Shown one piece after another: positions 47,006-57,181 of a DNA stretch of 64,000 nucleotides. Position numbers and translations under genes: made by a program. The notes beneath the pieces are model-generated. The model was not told the origin of the DNA. It did not search any database and was given only the letters and a program-made list of their open reading frames with translations. Source of the DNA: Candidatus Altimarinota bacterium (GTDB lineage: Bacteria > Patescibacteriota > Gracilibacteria > UBA4473); assembly GCA_965231215.1 (NCBI GenBank), contig OZ246423.1, positions 192,001 through 256,000 of the forward strand, read 5' to 3'. Position 1 is the stretch's first letter, and each line of letters starts with the position of its first letter.

Positions 47006-48823
47006 ATGACAGAGCTACAAGAAGAGACATTATTTCTACAATCACTTGCTGATGATAACTTGCAGTTTATGCAAACTCCATTTGATGGAGCAGACACCTT
47101 AGCTTTTCACAGAGCTGGCCAAGATTTCCCTGTTGATAAGGCTCCAACAGAAGACATTGTCTTCAATACTCATGAGGCTATCAAAAAAGATCAGGTACTA
47201 GGACAATACTTCGTAAATCCAAAAGATGGTGACATAACCTCTGATCCTAACATATTAGTTGTTGATTCTTTTGAAGAAGTACAACGTCGAATCAACCAGG
47301 TAATTACTCCAACCATTGCCAAAAAATTAGGCCTGCATGATCCAAAACACTGGGAAATGCTTTCTAGATATGGATATGCTGAAGATGGTTTTATTGGTAT
47401 TGAATGCTATTGGAGACTTAATGAACAATTTGGAAGAGCTCATTTATGGAAAAAGAAAGGCATATTATTTAATGAAGTAAATTTAGACAGATCTGCCTAT
47501 GACAGAGAAACTATTGGATACCTATATAGAGTTTTTTGTGATTCTATAGCTTTTGAAGTTCAGGTAGTTTTAGCCCAAAATGAATCTAATATTGAAGAAA
47601 TAGAAGCCGCAGAAAGCGAAGAAAGAGAAAGAGCTCAGCAAATATTAACTCAAAGTCAGCTCGCTGCAGCAAGAAATAAAGCCGCCGCAGATAGCAGAAG
47701 ACAACACAGGGAAAGCAAACTAGAAAAAAACCTTTCCGTAGCTAGGAAGGGAAGCAAAGACATTCAAAGAGCTCAACAAAGAGGTCAAAAGGATGCGAAA
47801 CGAAGAAAAGAAAACCGAAAAACTAAACATGCAGCTGGGCAAGAAGAGAATAAATTTAATAGAGTCGCAAATGTAAATGCTGTAGAGAGTTCGAATATAG
47901 AACTACCTGAACCCGAAGTCATTAAATCTAATTATGCCGGAACAGAGTTTTACGAAAGCATAAAAGAAAAACTAAGCAGCCTTATAACTCCAGAAATAAG
48001 TGAATTAATACTCAGAGTATCAACCTGGGATAGCACCTCAATTTATAAGGCCAAAGTACTTACCCAAGAAGAAAGAGATAAACTTATGACCTGTCTAGAT
48101 GGTTATTTAGAAATCATGTCACTCATAAGCGCCAGTGAAGAAGATCTATTCCCAAGGGAAGTACTCTTTAATGAGCTAGAAAGTCATGAAGAGATTCTCG
48201 CTCTTGAATCTGTATTTGCATTTGAGCTAGCCCGAGAAAGCAAATGGCCTGAATTAATAGCTTTCAAAAGACAGCTACAGCAAGCCTCTGGATTAATAGA
48301 TACAGAATCAGAAAAAGAAGTTAACCCAGACTCAGCTATAAGCTTAAGTGAACTAGAGTTAGATATAGGGATTTTTTCCATGCAACAAGGATTAGATAGA
48401 AAAACCGAAGATGGTGAAATATTTTACCAATCAAGTTTGAGTTTAGGTTTGGCCTTTAAGAGGGTCATAGATCAGACATTCCAAAGAGATGAAATATCAC
48501 CAAAACGAAGAACTACTGTAGCTCTTAATCTACTAACTCCCTCTACCAAAGACAATTTTGAAGTAACCGAAAAGTGGCAAGAAGCTATACAAATGCATTT
48601 AGCTCATATTTTAAATGTGATCCAATACTTCGGAACCTCTTCAAGTGAAAAAGATTCCACTTTTCTCATAAAACGCCTTTGTGCGAGTAAAGGAAGGCCA
48701 AATCAAAAAGAAAGAAAACTTACCGCAATCATGGCAGGAAGAGCTAGAAACGAAGCTTCAATACAGAGTCTAAAAGACGGTTATTTAAAAGACTGTTCTG
48801 GAATAACCGATGAAGGCGTATAG
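47006..48823 (+). CDS. hypothetical protein with central basic coiled-coil region
   Basis: 605-aa ORF; no family recognised. Confidence 0.8.
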   Translation: MTELQEETLFLQSLADDNLQFMQTPFDGADTLAFHRAGQDFPVDKAPTEDIVFNTHEAIKKDQVLGQYFVNPKDGDITSDPNILVVDSFEEVQRRINQVITPTIAKKLGLHDPKHWEMLSRYGYAEDGFIGIECYWRLNEQFGRAHLWKKKGILFNEVNLDRSAYDRETIGYLYRVFCDSIAFEVQVVLAQNESNIEEIEAAESEERERAQQILTQSQLAAARNKAAADSRRQHRESKLEKNLSVARKGSKDIQRAQQRGQKDAKRRKENRKTKHAAGQEENKFNRVANVNAVESSNIELPEPEVIKSNYAGTEFYESIKEKLSSLITPEISELILRVSTWDSTSIYKAKVLTQEERDKLMTCLDGYLEIMSLISASEEDLFPREVLFNELESHEEILALESVFAFELARESKWPELIAFKRQLQQASGLIDTESEKEVNPDSAISLSELELDIGIFSMQQGLDRKTEDGEIFYQSSLSLGLAFKRVIDQTFQRDEISPKRRTTVALNLLTPSTKDNFEVTEKWQEAIQMHLAHILNVIQYFGTSSSEKDSTFLIKRLCASKGRPNQKERKLTAIMAGRARNEASIQSLKDGYLKDCSGITDEGV

Positions 48824-48900
48824 AAAATTCATTTGCATAAAAAATTTGAACAACTCATTTAAAAGTTATAAGCTAAGAGCCGTACATTTTTTAGAACTTT

Positions 48901-50307
48901 ATGAGACATACAAAAATCGTTGCGACCCTCGGCCCAGCCTCCTCTAGTTATGAACAAATTGAAGCTCTCGCTAATGCTGGAGTCGATGTATTTAGACTCA
49001 ATTTTTCTCATGGGAGTCACGAGAGCCAAGGAGCACTCATAAAAAAAATAAAAAGGCTCAATCAAAAAAACGCCAAGAACTGTGCCATTATGCTTGATAC
49101 TAAAGGGCCAGAAATACGAACCGAAGACATGAAATCTCCTATCACTGTCAAAAAAGGAGAACGCATCACGCTCACCGTAGACGGAAAACCTTTTGAAGAA
49201 ACTGGGAAAATTGGAATAAATTACGATGAATTTATTGATGATGTCGAAGTAGGAGAAAAAATTTTAGTGGATAGTGGAGTCCTTAACCTCAAAGCCTTAG
49301 AAAAAACAGAGACGGACGTAATCTGTGAGGTTTTAGATGGAGGGGAAATTTCTTCACGTCGACACGTAAATCTTCCAGGAAGAGATGTATCACTTGAATC
49401 AATTACCAAAAAAGATTGGCACGATATAGATTTTGGGATTGAAATGGGAATCGATATGATTGCACTTTCCTTTGTACGAAAATCAGACGAAGTTTATGAA
49501 CTCAAAGAATATTTAAAATCAAAAAACGCCAGCAATATTGAAGTCATGTCCAAAATTGAGAGCTTCGAAGCCACTAAACATCTTGGAACCATTTGTGAAG
49601 CCTCAGACGGTATTATGGTTGCTCGTGGGGATCTTGGAGCCGAAGTTCCTTTTGAAGAAGTCCCAAAATTGCAAAGAGAAATTATTGATACAGCGGCCCA
49701 GTATGGAAGACCGGTGGTTGTAGCTACACACATGCTAGAATCTATGATTGAAAACCCCGTTCCAACCAGAGCCGAGGTAAGTGATGTAGGGACAGCTGTA
49801 TGGCAAAGAGCTGACGGCATTATGCTTTCTGGAGAAAGCGCCAATGGAGCCTACCCAGTAAAATCAGTAGAGACCATGGTAAAAATTGCTAATACCACAG
49901 AAGAACAATACTTGAATGTTCGCCCTATGAAAGACCTTCCCGCTATTAGCCCTCGAGGAGTCTTTGGCAAAACCGCCTGTCAAATGGCCGCAACGATGCC
50001 TGAGATTAAGGCTATTGTAGTCATTACCCGTAGTGGAACTACTGCCAAACTCGTCGCGAAATTTAGACCGAAAGTTCCTATTTTTGCCTTTACTAATGAG
50101 CCCCCTACAAGAAGAAAATTACAACTCGTATGGGGATGTGAAGGCTTTAGAATTGAATTTTCTTCAACTCCGCAAACCACTATTATGCGCGCCCGGGAGG
50201 CTTTCCTAAAACGATACCCAGAGTGGAAAGGCAAAAAATATGTACTCGTTTCTGACTTCCTTGTAGATAAAGAATTTGTACCAACCCTCCAAATCCGAGA
50301 GTTCTAG
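48901..50307 (+). CDS. pyk: pyruvate kinase
   Basis: TKIVATLGPAS, FRLNFSHG, LDTKGPEIR, SKIE, GIMVARGDLG, PTRAEVSD, MLSGESA. Confidence 0.98.
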   Translation: MRHTKIVATLGPASSSYEQIEALANAGVDVFRLNFSHGSHESQGALIKKIKRLNQKNAKNCAIMLDTKGPEIRTEDMKSPITVKKGERITLTVDGKPFEETGKIGINYDEFIDDVEVGEKILVDSGVLNLKALEKTETDVICEVLDGGEISSRRHVNLPGRDVSLESITKKDWHDIDFGIEMGIDMIALSFVRKSDEVYELKEYLKSKNASNIEVMSKIESFEATKHLGTICEASDGIMVARGDLGAEVPFEEVPKLQREIIDTAAQYGRPVVVATHMLESMIENPVPTRAEVSDVGTAVWQRADGIMLSGESANGAYPVKSVETMVKIANTTEEQYLNVRPMKDLPAISPRGVFGKTACQMAATMPEIKAIVVITRSGTTAKLVAKFRPKVPIFAFTNEPPTRRKLQLVWGCEGFRIEFSSTPQTTIMRAREAFLKRYPEWKGKKYVLVSDFLVDKEFVPTLQIREF

Positions 50308-50474
50308 TTTTTTGACTTCAAGTCTAAATATTCTATACAAGATTAGTCTAAAGTAACTAGAGCATAATTATTTAGGGAAATTTGAATTCCACCTTTATTC
50401 AAGCCTTTGATCGATGCCCTACTACATTTGCTAAAATCTTGATTTTACAGTCAAATAAGTCTAATATCCAATCA

Positions 50475-50849
50475 ATGAAAAACATTGTTATCCTGATCGT
50501 TTTCTTACTCGGGGTTGCCGCTCTGATTTACTGGCTCTGGTCCGATAATCAAGAAGAACAAACCTTTCAACAAGTGATTGAAGAATACAAAGACGATCCA
50601 GCCAAAGTCCCTGTTCGCCCTGTCCCAAGTGTAGATGAAGTAGAAATCGCTATTGATGAAAACGGACTCCTGCTCAAAAAACTCTACAATGAAGAACTCA
50701 ATATTCGAGTGACTGATAAGGAAGTAAAAGACGTAGAAGTCTTTGATGGCATCCTCACCTACTCTGAATACAGCGACCAAACCTGGAGCTTTAAGGCCGT
50801 AAACCTACTAGAATACATTGATCAATACCTTAAACCTTTAGAAGGGTAA
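50475..50849 (+). CDS. hypothetical membrane-anchored protein
   Basis: N-terminal TM segment MKNIVILIVFLLGVAALIYW. Confidence 0.7.
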   Translation: MKNIVILIVFLLGVAALIYWLWSDNQEEQTFQQVIEEYKDDPAKVPVRPVPSVDEVEIAIDENGLLLKKLYNEELNIRVTDKEVKDVEVFDGILTYSEYSDQTWSFKAVNLLEYIDQYLKPLEG

Positions 50850-50865
50850 GAACGTTCGAATCAAG

Positions 50866-51035
50866 CCCCGTCTATAAAAATTTAATAGAAAAAACGACGA
50901 GCGATTTGTAAAAAAATCCATGCATTGTGGAGCGAAGCGACTTTGGAATTTTTAGAATCCGAATCGCTATTTTTCTTCAATTTTTATAGAGGGTGGTCTT
51001 TTTTGGTTCGTTTTTTGACCAATCAAAAAATGAAC
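50866..51035 (+). repeat. dispersed ~170-bp structured repeat, family A copy 2
   Basis: TCTATAAAAATT/AATTTTTATAGA outer stem, GAGCGAAGCGA apex, GGGTGGTCTTTTTTGGTTCGTTTTTTGACCAATCAAAAAATGAAC. Confidence 0.9.
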
Positions 51036-51050
51036 TGTAAACTTTTTTCA

Positions 51051-52382
51051 ATGCGTAAGACCGCTTACAATATCGTCGTTAAATTACAGAGTACAGGCTT
51101 TAAAGCTTACTTTGTAGGGGGCTGCGTAAGAGATTTGTTATTGGGTATAGAGCCCAAAGATTTTGATATAGCCACCGAGGCTTTACCTGAGCAAATAGAA
51201 GCCCTCTTTGAAAAAACCTACGACGTTGGAAAAAAATTTGGAATTATCCTCATAAATGAGGGTGATTTTAACTTTGAAATTGCCACTTTCAGAGACGACG
51301 GAGACTATCACGATGGCCGTAGACCTACTCAAATTCACTTTAGTACTCCAGAAAAAGACGCCCTACGCAGAGACTTTACCATCAATGGAATTTTTTACGA
51401 TCCCTGCAACGATGAATACTTAGATTTTGTAGGTGGAAAAAAAGATCTCAAAAATAAAATTCTTAGATTTATTGGAGATCCTGAAAGTCGAATACGCGAA
51501 GATTTTTTAAGAATTATGCGAGCCATAAGATTTAAAAATAGATTTAATTTGAAGTATGAGAATCAAACTGGAAAAGCCTTAAAAAACCATGCTGCATTAG
51601 TGACCAATATTGCAGCCGAAAGACTGTTCGATGAATTGAACAAAATAATTATTCACAAATCAAGAGCCAATGCCCTAGAAGAGTGCTATGAGTTCGGTAT
51701 TTTAGCTAAACTTTTCCCTGAAGTAGACGATATGGAGTGGACCCATCAGCCAAAAGATCATCACATGGAAGGCGATGTCCTCTCTCATACCTTCTTAGTA
51801 CTCCAAAATATGGAGGAAGGTCTAGATCCCGCTGTATATTGGGCAGCATTCTTTCATGATTACGCCAAACCTAGCACCAAAAAGTTTAGTGATGGTCAAT
51901 GGCGTTTCCCAGACCATGATGATAAAGTTTTAGACCTGGTTAAGCCTCTTCTTAAAAACCTCAAATTCCCGAAAAAACTGGCTGATAAAATTTTATGGTT
52001 ACTGAGATATAAACAAATCTTTGAAACTTTTTGGAACATGAAACTTTCTCGGAGGCTCCACTATTATGACCATCCATACTTTTTAGACCTGTGGAGATTA
52101 GAAATGGCAGACCTAAATGGTTCAATTCCAGAAGACCAAAAAACCAAAGAAGAAGCTATAAGAGTTATGAACCTCATTAAAGACAACTACCAATACGCTC
52201 ATAAAAAAGGCATTCTTCCCTCCTCCCAACCAGAACTTCTCACCGGTGAAGAAATTATGAAAATTACTGGGCTCCCTGCTGGCAAACGTATTGGCGAACT
52301 CAAAACCGGACTAAAAGACCTGCAAATTGAAGGCCAAATTACGACTCGGAAACAGGCTGAGAAATGGCTGCAAGATCAATAA
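51051..52382 (+). CDS. cca: CCA tRNA nucleotidyltransferase with HD domain
   Basis: VGGCVRDLLLG..PKDFDIAT, EIATFR, RRDFTING, EDFLRIMRAIRF, HHMEGDV..HT, HDYAK. Confidence 0.9.
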   Translation: MRKTAYNIVVKLQSTGFKAYFVGGCVRDLLLGIEPKDFDIATEALPEQIEALFEKTYDVGKKFGIILINEGDFNFEIATFRDDGDYHDGRRPTQIHFSTPEKDALRRDFTINGIFYDPCNDEYLDFVGGKKDLKNKILRFIGDPESRIREDFLRIMRAIRFKNRFNLKYENQTGKALKNHAALVTNIAAERLFDELNKIIIHKSRANALEECYEFGILAKLFPEVDDMEWTHQPKDHHMEGDVLSHTFLVLQNMEEGLDPAVYWAAFFHDYAKPSTKKFSDGQWRFPDHDDKVLDLVKPLLKNLKFPKKLADKILWLLRYKQIFETFWNMKLSRRLHYYDHPYFLDLWRLEMADLNGSIPEDQKTKEEAIRVMNLIKDNYQYAHKKGILPSSQPELLTGEEIMKITGLPAGKRIGELKTGLKDLQIEGQITTRKQAEKWLQDQ

Positions 52383-52383
52383 C

Positions 52384-52417
52384 AAAAAAGGGAGTGCAAA
52401 CAGCCCCCCCTTTTTTT
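52384..52417. terminator. bidirectional terminator between convergent genes
   Basis: AAAAAAGGGAG...CCCCCTTTTTTT. Confidence 0.7.
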
Positions 52418-52430
52418 AATAGCTTTTAAA

Positions 52431-52868
52431 CTACTTCACAATTTTCTTTCCCTCTCCACCAAAGTACGTACAGGCCCAATCAATAATCATACCAAAGATC
52501 ATCGCATCAAGCACAACCCAAAATGGGTTATTAAGTTGGTTTAGCCATTGAAAGTCAGTTTCTACCGCAAATATCGCAGCCAATTGATCATACATAGCCA
52601 GGGTAAGTATAAACCCCATCCAGGCCCCAAGAAAAGCCCCTCTAAACCACCAAGGCATATCAAAACCAAACACGGGATTTTTATCCATTACTCCAAAAAG
52701 AGCAATCATAGCCCCAGTAGTTACATACCAAGCTACAATAGTTGCTTCAAACCACAGGGTCGTATCAGGAATAATATAGCACAATAAATATACTCCGATA
52801 AGAGCTAAGAGTAGGCTAAGGGTTTTCCCTACCACCAAACGTGTAAACAATGAATTTTTCTTAAGCAT
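52431..52868 (-). CDS. hypothetical 4-TM membrane protein
   Basis: RLVVGK, WYVTTGAMIALFG, WWFRGAFLGAWM, TYFGGEG. Confidence 0.8.
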   Translation of the reverse strand: MLKKNSLFTRLVVGKTLSLLLALIGVYLLCYIIPDTTLWFEATIVAWYVTTGAMIALFGVMDKNPVFGFDMPWWFRGAFLGAWMGFILTLAMYDQLAAIFAVETDFQWLNQLNNPFWVVLDAMIFGMIIDWACTYFGGEGKKIVK

Positions 52869-52928
52869 GTGTTTTGTGTGTTAAAAAACACACTTATTCT
52901 AAGACAAACCTAGACTCAAAGCCAACCC

Positions 52929-54191
52929 TTATTTTTTCTCAATCTTTTTGAAACCCGTATACGGCCACAATACTTCTGGAATATCCACAGATCCATCCAC
53001 ATTTTGGAAGTTCTCTAAGATCGCAATCAACGGCCGCGAAGAAACAGCCGTTCCATTAAGCGCATGAGCATATTGGAGTTTGCCATCAGCATTCTTATAA
53101 CGCGTATTAAGACGACGAGTCTGAAAATCATCACAGATAGAGGTAGAGGTCATTTCTCTGTATTTACCCTGACCAGGCAGCCAGGCCTCTAGATCGTATT
53201 TTTTAGAAGCTGAAACCCCTAGATCACCACAACAGATATTTACTACTTGATAGTGAATCCCTAATTTTTGCAGGATTTCTTCTTCAATGGTTCGAAGTTC
53301 CTCATGCATGTTGGCCGAATCTTCAGCTTTACAAAAAATCACCATCTCAATTTTTTCAAACTGATGTACTCGTAAAATTCCTTTCATATCTTTTCCATAA
53401 CTTCCAGCCTCTCTTCGAAAACACGGGCTATAAGCTGCATAACGCAAAGGCCCTTTAGATAAATCTATCGTTTGTTCTGCATGAATACTTACCATTGGCA
53501 CTTCACTGGTACCAATAAGATACAAATCATCTTCCCCAGGATTTACACAATAATTTTCATCTCGATCAAAAAATCCAGTTCCCACAATGGCCTCTTTACG
53601 AGTCATAAACGGAGGAATTGTAGGGCTAAATCCTTTATTCCAGATTTCATGAAAGGCCCATAACATGAGCGCTTGCTGGAGGATAGCCAACTCATTTTTA
53701 AGGTAATAAAACCGAGCTCCAGACACTTTCGCCGCTTGCTCCATGTCCAAAAGATCAAGGTCTTCTGCCAACTCCCAGTGTTCTTTTGGTTCAAAATCAA
53801 ATGCAGGTTTTTCTCCTTCAAATCGAGCCACCTGGTTTTCTTCGTCACTTTTTCCATCTGGAACTTCTTCTCTCGGAGGGTTTGGGAGCTTGTATAAAAT
53901 TTCTTCAAAAACGCTCTCTACTTTTTCTAGATCCACCTCTAAAGCCTTTCTTTTATCTGAAATAACCTTCATATCAGAGAGAACTTTTTCTTTTTCTTCA
54001 CCACTAAGGCTTGGAATGCGTTTAGAAACCCCATTTTGCTCGGCCTTTAAAGCCTCTGTCTGCGCAAGCAGGCCTCGCCTCTTTTCATCGGCTTCAAGTA
54101 ACTCATCTACCATTGACGACGACACCCCTTTTCGTCCAAGACGAAGTTTAAAATCTTCGGGGTTTTCGCGAATGGCTTTGAGATCAAGCAT
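52929..54191 (-). CDS. serS: seryl-tRNA synthetase
   Basis: MLDLKAIR, YLIGTSEVP, CFRREAGSYGKD..GILRVHQFEKIE, KKYDLEAW, HALNGT. Confidence 0.98.
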   Translation of the reverse strand: MLDLKAIRENPEDFKLRLGRKGVSSSMVDELLEADEKRRGLLAQTEALKAEQNGVSKRIPSLSGEEKEKVLSDMKVISDKRKALEVDLEKVESVFEEILYKLPNPPREEVPDGKSDEENQVARFEGEKPAFDFEPKEHWELAEDLDLLDMEQAAKVSGARFYYLKNELAILQQALMLWAFHEIWNKGFSPTIPPFMTRKEAIVGTGFFDRDENYCVNPGEDDLYLIGTSEVPMVSIHAEQTIDLSKGPLRYAAYSPCFRREAGSYGKDMKGILRVHQFEKIEMVIFCKAEDSANMHEELRTIEEEILQKLGIHYQVVNICCGDLGVSASKKYDLEAWLPGQGKYREMTSTSICDDFQTRRLNTRYKNADGKLQYAHALNGTAVSSRPLIAILENFQNVDGSVDIPEVLWPYTGFKKIEKK

Positions 54192-54361
54192 GGCTAAAAA
54201 ATTATAAAAAATACAACAATCATTTTTTACTAAAAAAACCACACAAATCAACTGTTCCCAATTAAGTTTTAATGGTATAGTTTTTTCTTATAAAATATTT
54301 GACGTTTTTATATAAATATTATAAAATAAATCTTAATCTAAATGAGAAACCACATCTAATA

Positions 54362-55813
54362 ATGAGTATAAGCCAGAAAGACAAAGCCATAGCCCTTATC
54401 CGTCGTGCAGAACGCATTCTCTGTGTTACTAAAAGTGACCCACGAGAAGATGGTATGGTGTGCGTAGTAGCCGCTGAACAATTGGGCCAAAGACTACAAA
54501 AAGAAACCGTTGCTATCTTGCCTGAAGGCATCAGTACACAATTAGAATTCCTCACTAATGGAAGTGAAATTCATAAAGAACTCGGAGAAAAAGGCGATTT
54601 TGTGATTTCTTTATCAACAGAAAATGCCAATGTAGAACGCGTTAAATACACTATTGAAGAAGAATCTGTAGATATTCTTATTACTCCAAAATCAGGAAAC
54701 TTTAGTGACAAAGATGTATATTTCAAACACAACACGGCCAAATTTGACCTAATTTTAGTCTTTGATGCTCCTAACCTAGAAAGTTTAGGCTCTATCTTTA
54801 GTGATAACACAGAGCTTTTTGCTCAATGCCCAACCGTAAATATTTCAGCCGAATCTACCACAGAAGATTTTGCCAAAATCAATTTAATTGATCCAACTAA
54901 GTCTTCCAGCACCGAAATCTTTTATGACCTTATTGAGAGCGACCATAATTTCAAAGAAGCTTTGGATGAAGACCTCGCCACAACCCTCCTGACAGGGATC
55001 ATTGCCAGTACTGGCAGTTTTTTAGAAACCAACACCACTACTTCTAGCTTTGAAGCCGCTAGCCATCTGCAAGAAATAGGAGCCCGGCAATCAGACATCA
55101 TTGAATACCTCTTTAAAAGAAAATCTTTTGCTACTCTCAAACTTTGGGGAAGAATCTTCAGCCAGCTCCAGCTAGATCCAGTACATCGTATCACTTGGTC
55201 AAAACTATCTCAAAGTGACCTTAATGAAGCCGACGCGAATGACAAAGACGTCGATCGTATTAGTGATGAAATCCTCAGATTCACAGAACATGCAGAAATT
55301 TCAGTTCTCTTCGTAGAGCAGAAAAATCAAATTTTGGCACAACTCAGAACCCAAAACCAAAACATAGACTGGTCTGAAATTACTGAAAACAAAGACTACA
55401 AAATAGCAGAAAAAGGAATTGACCTGATATTTACCAATGAAAGTCTGGCCGAAGTTGAAGTAGATCTAATGCACGAAATCCTCGATTTTCAACAGCAGAG
55501 ACACCATCTTGAAACAGACCAACCACTTCAAACTTTAGCCCCAAAGTCAAAAAAAGAAACCGATACGCTTCATACAGCATTCCCTATGAAACTAAAGACT
55601 AAAAAAGAAGCAAAAAAAGTGAAACCTACCCCCCCCGCAGAAATTCCTTTTGTGGCTCCCAATCAACCACACGAAGTAACCGGTAAAGTAGAAACTCACA
55701 AAACTCCAGATCAAGACACTCCACCAGGCACTCAAGCGGCAGAGGTAATCATTGATACCCAGAAAAAAGGGATTCCTGATTGGTTGAAAAAGTCTTTCCC
55801 AGACAATCAATAA
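54362..55813 (+). CDS. degenerate DHH/NrnA-like phosphoesterase with a disordered C-terminal tail
   Basis: FDLILVFD, SSSTEI, ATTLLTGIIASTGSF, LKLWGR; the DHH triad is absent. Confidence 0.75.
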   Translation: MSISQKDKAIALIRRAERILCVTKSDPREDGMVCVVAAEQLGQRLQKETVAILPEGISTQLEFLTNGSEIHKELGEKGDFVISLSTENANVERVKYTIEEESVDILITPKSGNFSDKDVYFKHNTAKFDLILVFDAPNLESLGSIFSDNTELFAQCPTVNISAESTTEDFAKINLIDPTKSSSTEIFYDLIESDHNFKEALDEDLATTLLTGIIASTGSFLETNTTTSSFEAASHLQEIGARQSDIIEYLFKRKSFATLKLWGRIFSQLQLDPVHRITWSKLSQSDLNEADANDKDVDRISDEILRFTEHAEISVLFVEQKNQILAQLRTQNQNIDWSEITENKDYKIAEKGIDLIFTNESLAEVEVDLMHEILDFQQQRHHLETDQPLQTLAPKSKKETDTLHTAFPMKLKTKKEAKKVKPTPPAEIPFVAPNQPHEVTGKVETHKTPDQDTPPGTQAAEVIIDTQKKGIPDWLKKSFPDNQ

Positions 55814-55827
55814 TATTCCGAATATTT

Positions 55828-55996
55828 CCCGTTTGGAAATTTTTATAAGAAAAATTCACGAATAGTTCGTCAAAAAGTCTTTGCATCGTGGAGCGAAGCG
55901 ACTTTAGACTTTTTAGAACTTGAGTGATTATTTTTCTAAAAAATTTCCACAGGGTGGCCTTTTTTGGTTTGTTTTTTGGCCATGTAAAAAATGAAC
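55828..55996 (+). repeat. dispersed ~170-bp structured repeat, family A copy 3
   Basis: TGGAAATTTTT/AAAAATTTCCA outer stem, GAGCGAAGCGA apex, GGGTGGCCTTTTTTGGTTTGTTTTTTGGCCATGTAAAAAATGAAC. Confidence 0.9.
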
Positions 55997-56055
55997 AGAA
56001 AGACTTCCTAAAAACGCAATTTTGTGATATAATATTCCATTAAACAAATAAAAAC

Positions 56056-56358
56056 ATGTACGACTTTAACCTCCTACCTCGACTTATCAAAGAATCTGAA
56101 GCCCTTTCAGACGAAGAAAAGCGAAAACTTACTCTCGCACTTCCCCAAATGCCAGATTCTCAAAAAGCAGAACTCTACGACATTCTAAAAAATGAACAGG
56201 AACAACGATACGCTATAAATCAAAACCTAAATGCTCAAAGAAAAGAATACGAAACCAAACGAGCTAAAGTAATTTACAGCTATATCGAAAGAAAAGTAGG
56301 TGAGGAAGAAGAATCTACCCTTGAGGATATCGACAATGAGTTAGCCCTCATTGATTAA
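56056..56358 (+). CDS. hypothetical helical protein
   Basis: 100-aa ORF; extended -10 TGATATAAT upstream. Confidence 0.75.
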   Translation: MYDFNLLPRLIKESEALSDEEKRKLTLALPQMPDSQKAELYDILKNEQEQRYAINQNLNAQRKEYETKRAKVIYSYIERKVGEEEESTLEDIDNELALID

Positions 56359-56381
56359 TATTAATTTTTAAAAACCAAAAA

Positions 56382-56933
56382 ATGGTACAACATAGAGGAC
56401 CCGAATACCAAAACAATGCACCACAGAGTGATGCTGAACATCTAGGAAAAATCATAGATCTAAACGTTGCTGCAAAAAACGTTCAAGGCCAAAGGCCTAA
56501 ACCAGGTAAAACCGAACTAGAAGGTCAATACCCTGGGCTATTTGGAAATAAAGATGGAAGAAAAATTAATGGGGCAATTGTAAAACGAGGTGAATCTCTC
56601 ACTGGAGGACACGGAAACACTTTCCAATACGAAGAAGGGATTAGCGCCAAAAATGCAGCTGAAGACAGACAAGAAGCTGCAAGGCTCAATGTAAAACGAA
56701 TGGAAGAAGCTCAACAGATTGAAAAAGAAACAGATGAGCTTGAAGCCCGAGCCCTAGAAGCTGAAAAAGAAGTAACTAACTCTGCAGCAATTCCCACAGG
56801 GGCGCCTGAGGCTGATGAAGTAGCTTCTCTAGATAAAGAATTCCAAAACCATCAAGCTGAAGCTGCAAAAGGTCATTCTGACGTTACTGCTGGTACTAGA
56901 GGTGCCTTAGAAGACTCAAGCGTAGGTGTTTAA
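56382..56933 (+). CDS. hypothetical hydrophilic protein
   Basis: 183-aa Ala/Glu-rich ORF followed by a terminator. Confidence 0.75.
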   Translation: MVQHRGPEYQNNAPQSDAEHLGKIIDLNVAAKNVQGQRPKPGKTELEGQYPGLFGNKDGRKINGAIVKRGESLTGGHGNTFQYEEGISAKNAAEDRQEAARLNVKRMEEAQQIEKETDELEARALEAEKEVTNSAAIPTGAPEADEVASLDKEFQNHQAEAAKGHSDVTAGTRGALEDSSVGV

Positions 56934-56953
56934 AAACTTAAAAAAATAAAAAC

Positions 56954-56979
56954 AAAAACCGGCCAAAGCCGGTTTTTTT
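56954..56979. terminator. bidirectional intrinsic terminator
   Basis: AAAAACCGGC-CAAA-GCCGGTTTTTTT. Confidence 0.85.
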
Positions 56980-57033
56980 ATATTTTTGATACGAAGTCAT
57001 ACAAAGCGTAAATAAGCGTATGGTGCTTATCCA

Positions 57034-57116
57034 TGAATCCGGAAACTCGGGAAAAGCCCTTTTTAAGTCCGGACTTTGAGGGCTTTGGTCCACTTTGGAT
57101 TTAGTTTTCGGATTCA
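57034..57116. repeat. intergenic nested palindrome
   Basis: TGAATCCGGAAACT/AGTTTTCGGATTCA enclosing AAAGCCCT/AGGGCTTT and the perfect palindrome AAGTCCGGACTT. Confidence 0.7.
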
Positions 57117-57181
57117 CGAAGTTATACGTGTTTGAAAAAAATTTTATCACGGACAAAGAAGTTCGCCGTTTTTCAGTTCTT

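Noticed and set aside
50925-51050. N-terminal extension of CCA enzyme
   Set aside because: It is a translation of the family A repeat; the probable start is 51051.
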